Below are positions 1 through 10,939 of a stretch of DNA of 64,000 bases, one piece after another. Position 1 is the stretch's first letter; each line of letters begins with the position of its first letter. Under the pieces are notes generated by a model. That model made no database searches, was not told the origin of the DNA, and saw nothing but the letters and a program-made list of their open reading frames with translations. The stretch comes from Blepharisma stoltei ATCC 30299 (taxonomy: Eukaryota; Protista; Ciliophora): contig CBFDEM010000025.1 in assembly GCA_965603825.1 (NCBI GenBank), positions 186,001-250,000 on the forward strand, given 5' to 3'. Both the position numbers and the translations under genes were made by a program.

Positions 1-75
1 TATGAAAAAGTATTCAAAATAGAAGAAATTTTGGAGAAAAAGAAAGAAAGAGTAGAAGCAGCTAATAATTTATAA
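1..75 (+). CDS. 3' end of a gene starting upstream of the window
   Basis: Frame 1 reads YEKVFKIEEILEKKKERVEAANNL then TAA (73-75); purine-rich, coding-like composition. Confidence 0.5.
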   Translation, partial: YEKVFKIEEILEKKKERVEAANNL

Positions 76-162
76 CGATGTCATAAATAAGTTGCTTTTA
101 TATATACCAAATAATAAAAAATAGCTTCAAGAAATAAAATTAATGATAAATAATTTTAATAA

Positions 163-1002
163 ATGGTTTTGTTTAGAAGGTTCTCATTTGTGAGGCTTGC
201 AGAGCACATTGTAATTATAACTTAGCCTAAAAGAAGAGAAGGGCTATTAAACGCAGATGTCATGAATGAGCTGATGAGAACCAAGACAATGAAATTCAAA
301 GAAAGAATGATTTATTTAGCAAAACGAGAAAAAAGATTTTTATTCATTTTAGGAGGATTCATAGGCGCAACTAATTTATTTTTACAAACCAAAGTAGCTG
401 TTATTATGACGCATTCTATAGCTGAATTGTGAGTGAAAGGGAAAACTTTTTTAGTCCCTGAGGTAAAATACGATCCTTGCTCTTTACAAACCAGAGGAAA
501 AACAAATTTAGATACAGAGATTGAAAATAAACTTGCTGATTTATTTATAAAAATAGATCTAGCGGCGCCTGAAGGTGTTACTGGGCAGCTTTTGAGAGAT
601 ATTTGTAGAGAAATGGGAAAAAGTATTGAGTTTCCTGATGAGATCAGCATCAATGAATTTCTGAAAATTTTGGAAAAAAATAAGGTTGATGACAAATTTG
701 TAGGAGTATTTGAAGAGAAAGTAAAATATTATGTGGAAAAAGTTAATGCATGGCAAGAAAAAATAAAAAATGATATAGACGGAATTAAAAAGCAGGTAGG
801 AGAATTCAATGAAGAAATAAAAACAAAAGATGATGCTGATTATTTAGAATTACATATGAAAGTTTTAGGGATTAGAAAGCAAGAACTTCAGAAAAAGCTT
901 AAAAAGACACCAAATGACTCCAGATTAAAATTGAAACTTAGTGATCTTGAAGCAGAAATCGCTTCAACAAAAGAAAAACAGACTCATAAAGCTAAAAAAT
1001 AA
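163..1002 (+). CDS. Hypothetical 274-aa protein with basic N-terminus (possible mitochondrial presequence), one hydrophobic segment and C-terminal coiled coil; join(163..210,226..1002)
   Basis: ATG 163 (MVLFRRFSFVRLAEHI), 15-nt intron 211-225, in-frame TGA 430-432 read as Trp joins the track ORF 433..1002, TAA stop. Confidence 0.7.
211..225 (+). other. 15-nt spliceosomal intron
   Basis: gtaattataacttag; removal deletes an in-frame TAG and joins two open segments. Confidence 0.8.
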
Positions 1003-1117
1003 ATTATAATCTATAGCAAAATTTCATAAGATAAGCTAGCATGCTGAATGAAACTTCTGCATGGCAAATAATCTGTGAAAATATTATCATTTTTAACTTA
1101 AATTAGATTACTTATTA

Positions 1118-3472
1118 CTAATCCGAGGTTGCAATTTTTTCTGGATCTAAAATAGCTTTCTCTTTAGACGCATTCGGGCTTGGTCTAAAGTTTAAATTCC
1201 TTAATACCCTTTGTTGATCTACATCAGTGCTCTTCCCATAGATTTTTTCATCTGCGATCCTATTGCTCCATATAATCCCTTTCTTCACATCATTAGGAAT
1301 ATCAGGAACCTGCCTGCTGATTAAGAACTTAAACACTAAAAGTACATGCTCAAGAACCATAAAATAAGCCCATTTCGTTGCAAAATCAGTTAAATCAAAT
1401 ATATTTGCAGTGAAAACAATAATAGAAGTATTAGTTAAAGCGCCAATAACAGAAATGGTCCTTATGATTGACTCTCATTCACCAATAGAGTTTGCAGGGG
1501 TAGGGTACGGTCTTTTCATTAAATGGCATAATTTAAATGCGTCTACTCTGACTTCAATGACATTTACTATAAGTGCTATTAATGGAACAATAGGGTATGC
1601 AGCTGAAAACATGACGACATAGCCATAATCGATAATAAGCTCCATATAATCGTCAAGCGGTGTTTCATACTCTGACAAGCCTGCTTGTTTTTCTGTGTAC
1701 GTCATTGACTTTCTTCCTTTATGGCCATACTCAGCCATTGTTTTTAAATGTTTCTTTTCAGCTCGATCTCTGCAGGCATTAGCACAATATGGAATTCCTA
1801 GCTCGAAGAAATTGCAAATCACATTAAATATAAAGATAACTTGAAGCTGCAATGAGAGTTCATCTAAGCACACAGAATTGTCTTCGTCTCCATAGCATTT
1901 AATGAACCCTAAATAGAATAAAGAAGCATAACTATTGACAAATTGGAATAAATAAAGTTTTATACATAATGCATCATTGTACTCAGTATCATACTCATAG
2001 TTTTCCCATTCAGTGAAAAACTTGGCAATTTTTCGATAAATCAAGTTTAGGATTCTTATTTGAATTGCATTTATGACGGCGCAGGAAAGAGGACCCCATG
2101 AGTAATCAGCATAAACATTGCGGTAAAGCATAACACCAACTACAGCTACAATAGCACTGGCAATACAAATAAAAACAACAGACATGCTGATATTTCGCTT
2201 GATTGATTCCCATATGGATTTTTGAGAAATTTTCTTTTTGCGGCCTGTTACCGGGTCAACCCCATATTTTCCCTTATAAGTAGGTCTTTGCTGTTCTACT
2301 TCTTGGATATCGGTTGTTCCCCACATCCAAGAAAGTTCGTTTTGCCGTCTACTCCAAAGCTGGTCTAGCATTGTTGATCCTAATGCTAAAACGAGTGAAA
2401 ATATCAATAATGATACTTCAGAAAGGGTCATTTTAGGATCATTATCATCAAGATCATCCTTTATAAGCTGAACTATAAACGTTAAGAGCCCAACTAAAGC
2501 AGGTGCAACAAGCCACGCGACATAATATTGCAGCCATGCAAAGTACATAGCGATTTTTTCTCCATAGTAATTTCTTATTTTTCTTAATGGCTGAGGCTTC
2601 CAAAACATTCCAAAAGATCCCCAGTTGTTTTTAAGCCAAGTCAGCTGCTCTTCATTATGCAGAGAATAATGGTTTATCAAGATTTCATTGTCTAGAAGTT
2701 CGCCTATATCAATAACTGAAGAAATCATTGCAAGGAGAATTTTTACCTTGTCTTTATACTTAAACATAGTCATCCCATTTCCGTTTTTATCCTGTCTTTC
2801 GTCCAGTCCATATTTCTTGTAGTTGCTTTCTACATCTTTTATGACCTTTTTTTGGAGAACTGGGCCTGATTTTTGTTGGTCTTCGTCTTTATTTTTTTCG
2901 AATCTGCCATAAGGACATATGAGGCTGTAGCCTGATTTGACTGCGCCTTCAGGTCTTTTGAGTTGTAAATGATAGTCCATCAAATCGGCTTGGACTTTAA
3001 AATTGTGTTCACTGGCGCGGATCTTACAAAAAATTTCGTCTTCGTCTCTGGAAAAGAAAAGCTTTAGATCTAGTTTGAGATCTTCCTGCATCACTCTAAG
3101 GACGCAAGTTATAACTAAGTTCAGGAATTTTCGGAATTCAACTTCCCCAGCATTTTCCTTAGCGAAACCTCTCCACATCTCACTGATCCAGCCATGGCGG
3201 TGTGCAGCATGCTGACTAGCTTCTTTTTTAAGGTTCATTTCTAGGCTTTCTTGCTTTCCTTCTTCTTCACTAATTTTGAAAGTAGTTGTAAAAATTTCTT
3301 TACATCTGCTAATACTTATTTTTTGGTTGAGTGGTTTGAACACTGCTTCATCTCTGGAAAAATGGTTTGGGAAGATGAAAATATACTGGTAGTCTTCTTT
3401 AAATGACCCTCCTTCAATTCTCCCTGATTTTGGGAGAAGAGGCTCAGTTAATTCAACTCCTTCTTTGACCAT
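1118..3472 (-). CDS. Anoctamin/TMEM16 family Ca-activated channel/scramblase, 784 aa
   Basis: Motifs QPLRKIRNYYGEKIAMYFAWL, FTEWEN, LFQFVNSY, DDYMELIIDYGYV, EVRVDAFKL. TGA 1475-1477 gives the conserved ANSIGE[W], and the frame continues into ORF 1118..1360; TAG stop. Confidence 0.93.
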
Positions 3473-3693
3473 AATAAAATATCAAACGGCGGAAATTAAG
3501 AGGAAAAGGATATTATTTTGGATTTTATGCATTGGAATAAGCATGACAATATTTTAAAACGGACTTATGTATCGAGGAGTAAATAAAAAGTGTTGATATA
3601 ACGATACATAATTAAAAGAAATCTTATCTATATTTATATAATATATAGAGTTATTAAGATTCACTTGAGGTATATAAAATAAAACTCATTTAA

Positions 3694-4893
3694 TTACAAC
3701 TTCCTTGGCGTTGGGGATTGCAGAATGCCAGTTTTTCCCACAATAGTTTCTTTTAATATCGAATACGGCTGCTTAACTGGCTGATACCTATTAAAATCAT
3801 TTTCTTTATTAGCTGTAAACGACCCCCTCTTGCTCTCACTTTGCTGAATACCTGAAAAAATGCTTTCTTCTGCTTTAAATGCCAATAATTCCGTCTCATC
3901 TTTAATTTCATTCAAATTTAATGGCAACTCTTGATGAAAATTATCCTTTACCATTTCTGAAGCTTTATACTGGAACTCCAAAACTCTATTATGAAGATCT
4001 GCAGAGATGCTCCCAACTATTTTAAATTTATCCATCATTAGACTGATAGTTTGAACAAGCAATGAAAATTGAGGCCTGCTTGTTTCTAATTTAATGATTT
4101 CTTCCATGTCGTTTATATTCCTTTCCATTTCTTTTATTTGAGTTTCACAGCTATTTAAGATATCTGATAAAAAAGCTGCTGGAGCTTGAATTTTGTGAAA
4201 TGCATCAGCTTGGTTGCATTGCTCAGTTATCTTGATAAATTCTCTCACGTATTTCGCTATGTTATTTTCAAAGGTTTTTAATATATCAAGAGCATTTTGG
4301 CATCTTCTTTGTCGAGAAATCACCTTTTTAGAGTAACTAAACAACTGATTAGTTTTATCTTTTACCCTTATTTGCTGTTCAGACAGTTTTTCTAGTGTAG
4401 ATTCAGAATTTCTAAGAGATATATCATTTCCATCAATATCCTGTTGTATTTCATAAATTGCTTTTTTGTAGCCTTCTGATAGTGTTTCTACTTTTTTGTG
4501 CCTTCAATACCCAGAGTCTTCAAAATTGGTCCTTGGCTGGGGTGGCTGAGATGAAGTTGGAGGAGCCATACTTCATTGAGGATACATTGTAGAAGGAGCT
4601 GTAAGTGAAGTTGTAGGCATAGGATTAGTGTAAAGAGATGTCTGAGGCATAGAAAGAGATGATAACTGAGGAGGATTTGTAAAAAATGAGCTTTGAGTTA
4701 TCCCTGGCTTGGGATAGTTCAAGTATTGATTACCTCCATATCCTGATGGGAGACCTGATGGTGTGCTCATAGGGTTTTGGAAAGGCTGAGGAGATCTTGT
4801 GCCGGAAACAGCAAAAAAATTGCTATCAGAGACAAGCCGTGATAATGATGGAGATGTTGCTGGGGCAAGCTGAAAATTAGGTGGATTGTTCAT
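3694..4893 (-). CDS. Hypothetical 399-aa protein: P/S/T/Q-rich low-complexity N-terminus plus coiled coil
   Basis: Track ORFs 4573..4893 and 3694..4344 are in one frame and are joined through TGA 4573-4575 and 4504-4506 with no TAA/TAG. Confidence 0.75.
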
Positions 4894-5131
4894 CTTAATT
4901 TGAATTTAGAATCGTTAACTATAAAGATTTTCAGCGGGATTAAATTAAATATTCTAATAATTCAGGCAAAAAATAATAGCTCTTCATAAGAAATTTAAGT
5001 AAATATATGCGAAATAGGATAAAATTTAAGTATTATTTGGAATAGAATAAGAAATGCATTTTATAAACGACAATAAATAATTTATAGCAAATGAATTAAA
5101 ACAATTTAAAATTTTGAATTTCTTTGGTGCT

Positions 5132-7898
5132 TTAAGAGGATTTCATAGGAATTTTAAATCTCTGTCCATTTTTCCTGCAAAGAACTCCTTTAATCCAGCT
5201 CTGAATTTTCACAGCAGAGTTCATTCTCTTTTGAAGCCTCTTTCTTGTTATTATTCCTAATAAAAATCCTTTAATCCTACCCATAGATTTTTGAACCAGT
5301 TCCTTTCTTGCTTTTCCCATACATTTTCTCCATAGGCTTTGAATCCTAATAGCTGCTATTTCTTTTTCCTTGTGTTTAATTATTGATATTTCTTTTGCGT
5401 CATTTTTCAATTCTTTACAAATTCCTATGATAAGTTTTAAAATAAACTTCTTTACATGCCTTTGAGGAAGATTCATAGCCCTTTGAACTAATAAAGATTT
5501 ATACCAGCTTTGAATTTTTGTGGCTGAGTAATTTTTCTTTATCATCCTTTTTCTAGTTAAAATACCAAGTAAAAATGCTTTTACTTTATTTATTGAATTT
5601 TCTTTTAATGAAACTGCTTTGATCGCCATGAACCTCCTCCAATTACTTTGGATTTTTATAATCCCAGCTGTGGCTTTTTGATATTTCATTTTAGCTAAAC
5701 CAGTTTTTATGCAGCTTTGAGCGAGGACAATTTTCTGTTTCATTGCTTTGACTATATTGTAGGCTTCCTTTCTTTTAAGTAGAGATTGGATAGCCACAAT
5801 ACTGTTTGTTAATTTTTTATAATTTTTTCTAGCAATACAGCCTCTATAGGATTTTTGAATTTTTATTACATTTTCATTGTGGCTGCTATAATGCTCATTT
5901 TTCATATTCATTACTTTAATTATTGCTTCTTTCCTTCTAAATGCCGACTGAAGTAATAAAATAAAATCTTTGAGTGCTTTGACATTTTTTCGTTCTTTAT
6001 ATCCCCTATAATGTGTCTGAATTTTTAAGACTTTTTGGTCATCATATTTGCAAATTTCTTTTTTTAACTCTTGAATTGTTTGCCAGGCTTGGTTTCTCCT
6101 GAAAAATGCTTGAATCATTATGATGGAATTTCTCAATTCTCTATAATTTTGTCGGCCTTTATGTCCTCGGTAGCATCTTTGAATATTCAAAATTTTCAAA
6201 TTTTTGTCATTATAGTAATTTTCTCTCATTTCTTGGACTTTCATTATTGCATCTTTTCTTTTGAATATCGCTTGTAGCAGCAATACAGCATTCTTCAACT
6301 GTTTATACTGCCGATAATTTCTACGTCCTCTATAACATTTTTGAATTTTAGCTACAGCTTGATGCTTATTTTCTAAATGTCCTGCAGCCAATTCTTGCAT
6401 CCTAATATATGCCTCTCTTCTTCTAACTACTGCCTGTATCATTATTATGGAATTTTTTATTTGTTTGATTTTTTTTACACATTTCAACCCTTTATACCAT
6501 TTTTGGATTTTTATTATTTTCAGGTTTCTGCTTTTATAAAATTCCCTTCATTTTCTTTGAATTTTCCTCGCAGCTTGAATTCTTGCTTTTACTATGAAAT
6601 CGCTTTCAGTCACAATTTTTTTGACTGACTCAATTCTTGTCCTTGTTTTTTCTTTTTTTGATCTTATTCTAATTTTTTCTTTTAATGATAAAATTTGAGG
6701 TTTATCATTTACACCAATAGGAGGGGATTTTTCTATATCAATTAGATCGTGTTTGTTTGCACTTATAGGTCTTGGTTTTTTGACTTCAGAAATCAATAAA
6801 TCTCTTCCTATTCTTTTTTCGCCAGTCCCTGAAGTACTAGGTCTGGAGATTTTGATATCCTGAGCACTTGAGCGGATTATTTTAAACAAAGAATGAGGAG
6901 CAGGGACTTGAGACTTGGATGGAGAAGATTTTATGGTATCTTTAAGAGCTTTAGATACTTTTGAATCAGAAGCTCCGAGGAAGCTTGGCTGTTTGTCTAT
7001 TTTCGGCAAAACATCAGATTTTTGTGTATCTTTAAGCTCTTTATACAGCCAAAGGACCTTTGTATGCACGAGCGGCAGCCCTTTTAAATGAGCCTGTGCC
7101 ACGTTGTAAGCCTGCGCCACATAATTCTGAGCTTCCTCCATCACATTCATATGCACACATTCAATAGCTGAATTATATAAACAAACAGCAATAAAAACAT
7201 TAACCTTGTCACTTTCCACCCTAAACTTATTTGACAATAATTCCAAGGCTCTTTGATGCATATCCAAAGCTCTTTTATGGTCTTCACATACACAACATGT
7301 ATAACCGCAAATAGAAAGCGCTAAAACCAAGTCTTGGGAAGCATTGATTTTTTCAGTCAGTTCTATAGCTTTTTCGCAGGCTTCTATAGCTTGGACGTTT
7401 TTCTTTTCTTTTAAATAATAAGCGCAATTGCTAGATATTTCTTACTAAATTTGAAGACGAGCTCTTAATGCGTTACGGTCTTTGAATTTCAGCTTAGATT
7501 TGGGGTCAATCAGCTTGTCTAAGACTCCGATTAATCCAAAGGCTTGGGTACGCTTGTCTCGGCGCAGACTGTAGACTATTCAATTGCATAAAGTGTTGGC
7601 GAATTGATTGGTTTGGTCAAGAATCTAGGTAAAAGTTACAGTTGAGGGGTGGGATTTTAGAAGTTTTCTTTTTGAAAATAGGCTGCGGAGCCAGATCATG
7701 GCTGCTTCAGAATACTTTTTGCGCTCTTCAAAAGTAAGGGCTTGGAAGTCAGCTTCTGGAATATTAATTACGTTCAATTTCTGTGTATGGGGATTGAAGA
7801 TCTAGCTCTTTACTTATTGATGCTATAGGTGTTATTTCACTTAAACTTAATGGTTCTTCCTTTTGAGTGAAAGTAAGAATGTTTATTGGTCTTTTCAT
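5132..7898 (-). CDS. TPR-like plus multi-IQ calmodulin-binding repeat protein, about 906 aa, 3 tiny introns
   Basis: ATG 7898; introns 7756-7771, 7625-7639, 7431-7445; TGA 7580-7582 and 6548-6550 (KIQRK[W]R fits the IQ consensus); more than 15 IQxxxRG-like repeats; TPR-like AVCLYNSAIE helix. Confidence 0.82.
7431..7445 (-). other. 15-nt intron
   Basis: gtaagaaatatctag; splicing gives ATT TA|C AAT and removes in-frame TAG/TAA. Confidence 0.8.
7625..7639 (-). other. 15-nt intron
   Basis: gtaacttttacctag, phase 0, contains in-frame TAG. Confidence 0.78.
7756..7771 (-). other. 16-nt intron
   Basis: gtaattaatattccag; removal restores the frame (GAA C|AA GCT). Confidence 0.72.
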
Positions 7899-7949
7899 AT
7901 TATATACAAAATATGACAAGAGATCTATTTAGGACATATTTAAAATAGA

Positions 7950-8484
7950 TTAGATATTTATGAGTGTCCTTAAGTTTCCCTTTTCTTTTGGCTGAATGCT
8001 CCACTTTTCTGCCTGCAGGATGACAGAGCACTCATCTAGAAAAGTCATGATATCTATAAGTAAATAGACTTTGCTAACCGCCTCAATTTTCAACTCAAGA
8101 TCTTGTCCAAGTTGATGCCAACTCTGCTCTTTCAAACTTCAAAACAATTATTGATCGTCATCCATTTTCAAATGAAGAGACCACTTAAATCCCTAACTTA
8201 CTCATTTTAGCCATTCCAAAACAAAATCAACTGATTTTGGATTGGAGTAAGCCGCTAAACAGCTTTAAGGTAATTTGCTAGCCTATCTCTATCGTTCACT
8301 CGTTTGGGTTGTGCTGGAAAAAGGACTTAGTAATTGCCCATAAGGATCAGACCACAAATGAGTGGGTGCTTAGGCTTTCCGCTTTGATTTTCTCACATTA
8401 ATGGCCTAACTCTGGGCTCAAAATACTATGCCCGGGCGCAGGGATGCTACTGTCATAAAGAGGACGGATCGGATAATCTTCCAT
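7950..8484 (-). pseudogene. Possible degenerate remnant of a PPP/calcineurin-A-like gene (tentative)
   Basis: GC-elevated island with TAA/TAG in all frames. Fragments MEDYPIRPLYDSSIPAPGHSILSPEL, LWSDP (8343-8357), FQHNP, FKWSL and KIEAVSKV occur in calcineurin-like order but in different frames. Confidence 0.25.
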
Positions 8485-8945
8485 ATTATGCATATTAAAT
8501 TGAAAATAGAAACTGATTTAATTATATATGCATTAACTTGCCTAAATTTAATTGTAATTGTATAATTTATAACGAAGTAGCTTAATTTATTGAGATATGA
8601 TGTAGACATTAATTCAATTAAAATTAAAGGATTTTAAAAGTGCTAAAGGAAAATTGATCAGGAGGCTGAAATTTGAAATTCCATTAAACGATTATTCATT
8701 TAATATAAAATTAATATGCTCTTATTGGATAAAAATAGTTTATTCGCATATTTAACTCTCTAACAACATTTCTTAAATGATCTCTCGCTATTTTATGCTT
8801 AGAATTAATTTTTTTCTTCTACAGAAGCAATAATATCTTTAATGCCGATAGCTTCTAATGGCTTTAAAACTTTAAGTTTTCTCCAATTTCTTACAAGTAA
8901 GCTTACATTTTTAATTTACTTAATTTTATTATGATATAGTATTTT

Positions 8946-10211
8946 TTAGCCAAGATTAATTCTTTGCCCATTTCTCCACAGCTGAACTTCTTTTTGATCA
9001 TCTTTTGATATAAATGTAGTAACCCCATGCAGCTTATCTGACTCCCATGTTCCAATATGCTTAGAATTATCAGGATATTTCATCACTCCATACCCGTTCT
9101 TCATATCATCCACAAATTCTCCTTGATATTCGCTTCCATCACTATTTGTTAAAACTCCTTTCCCATGGTGCATATTATGTTTCCATTCACCTACATATCT
9201 TCTTCCATCAGGGAAAATCATAGCTCCAAACCCGTCTTTTTCGTCATTTTTATATTCTCCTTCATATACTTTTCCGTTATGCCATGTGTATTTTCCCCAG
9301 CCATGGTTGTCTCCATGCTTGAAATTGCCTGTATATGTGCTTCCGCTTGGCCATTTATAAGTCCCGTGGCCTGATCTGTTATTATGCTTTCAAAATCCGT
9401 AGTAGCTTTGCCCATTACTGGTTGTTTTGTTCCCATATCCATGCTTTTCTCCATTTAAAAACTCCCCTGAATATCTGGCACCATCAGGCCAAATTTGTAC
9501 TCCTTTTCCTTCAATTCGTCCATCTAGCGTCCATTCTCCTGTATATATAGACCCATCAGGTAATTCTACTGCATCTTTTTTGATTTTTGCAGTCGAGCTA
9601 TAAATAATAGGCTTTTCTTGATCCTGCTCATGTATTGATGTAATAGGATTACTAAGAATCACAATATTATTAATATTTTCCATAAAGCGACCTTGAAGCC
9701 TCCTTAGCATTTCTTCTTGCGATCTTGATGTGTTTAAAATATTTTGAAACTCCAAAGTAGCTGCACATTTAAGTGAGCAGACATAGATTTCAGGACTTGA
9801 TGGCTTTTCAGGGGTGGTGAATAAAATCATGCTTTCTACAGCTTCTTTAGTATTGCATATAGGACTGGCGCATTTTTTAATATCACAATTATAAGGGCAT
9901 TCATCTTGCTCATGAATTTCTATACGACCTACTCGGTCAACTTTTCCACAGCCATTCTTAGCGTACTTGCATCGAATTAGTAAATCTTCGAGGTTAGTCC
10001 TAATTATACGTCCTGGTCTTTGCATTTCAGCTTTTTCGCATCGGTTCGGACAAGTATACCCATTCAGTTCTATGCATGCAGAAATACAGTCACCGCAAAA
10101 AAGGCTTTCACAGGATGAGCACTCTTTGGGGTTTTTTACAACTTCGTGGCAGATAAGGCATAAAAATGAGTTCGGGACTTTGTCTACGAATCTTTCTGCT
10201 TCGTAACCCAT
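8946..10211 (-). CDS. RING/TRAF-type zinc finger plus MORN-repeat protein, 421 aa
   Basis: CLIC...CSSCESLFCGDC...CPNRC and CKYAKNGC...HEQDECPY, followed by about 7 MORN repeats. TGA 9390-9392 gives YYGF[W]KHNNRSGHG (MORN YxGxW) and the frame runs into ORF 8946..9221. Confidence 0.9.
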
Positions 10212-10268
10212 CTATTATATTTTTGATATTAAAAATATTTAATACCAATTAATTTTTAAAAAATTACA

Positions 10269-10469
10269 TTATTTTGATATTTTTGTCTTCTTTTCTTCAG
10301 AAACGCTTCTTTTCCTTTTCATAATCCCGCTCCTTTCCCCTCTTTCTCTAATCATTTGTGCTTTTTTCTCATTGAGTGCCAAAAAAAAACTCTTAAGAGC
10401 TTCTATTTCATTTTTTAAATTTTCGTTCTCAGTGATTAACTCTTGGCGTATTTCTTCTTCTCTATCCAT
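10269..10469 (-). CDS. Small 66-aa coiled-coil protein with basic C-terminus (possible NLS)
   Basis: ATG to TAA ORF with coding-like composition (MDREEEIRQELITENENLKNEIEALK; KRKRS...KKTK). Confidence 0.55.
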   Translation of the reverse strand: MDREEEIRQELITENENLKNEIEALKSFFLALNEKKAQMIRERGERSGIMKRKRSVSEEKKTKISK

Positions 10470-10488
10470 CTTAAACTTATATAAAAAT

Positions 10489-10869
10489 ATGAGATCATTG
10501 ATTTTTATGTGTCTCCTTATTCTAGCTATAAGCGATTTTACAAGTATTGATAATGTTCAAGAATTTACAGTGATTATTGGAAAAACAACAAACGTTACTT
10601 TGGTGTCGAATCCTACAACAGGATATAGCTGGTTCTTGAACCCTTCAAATTCAGAAAAACTGAAGGTTCCAGATCTTAGAGGGGAATATAGAAGGACAAC
10701 AGGACTAATTGGAGGAGCTGGGATTCAAGTTTTTAAGATTTCTTGCAGTGAGCTATGTGCTGATGGAGAATCATTAGAATTAACTTTTGAGTATAAAAGA
10801 CCATGGGAAGCTGAGCCTATAAGAAGCAAGCTGGTGACTGCAAAAATCCTTGCAAACCCAGATCTTTAA
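10489..10869 (+). CDS. Chagasin/ICP (MEROPS I42) cysteine peptidase inhibitor with signal peptide, 126 aa
   Basis: Signal peptide MRSLIFMCLLILAIS; family loops NPTTGYSW, GLIGGAG, YKRPWE. True start is ATG 10489 (or 10507), not the track's TTG 10372. Confidence 0.88.
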   Translation: MRSLIFMCLLILAISDFTSIDNVQEFTVIIGKTTNVTLVSNPTTGYSWFLNPSNSEKLKVPDLRGEYRRTTGLIGGAGIQVFKISCSELCADGESLELTFEYKRPWEAEPIRSKLVTAKILANPDL

Positions 10870-10939
10870 TTATCACTAACTGTTTTAAAAATTCCTATCA
10901 TCATACTAATTTCTACCAGGTGCTATAAGTCATAATAAA

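Noticed and set aside
7462-7476. Possible extra 15-nt intron gtaacgcattaagag (minus strand)
   Set aside because: It lacks A at position 10, ends GAG not YAG, and the frame is open without it
8418-8609. 63-aa minus-strand track ORF
   Set aside because: Mostly AT-rich spacer sequence with I/N/K/F bias and no motif
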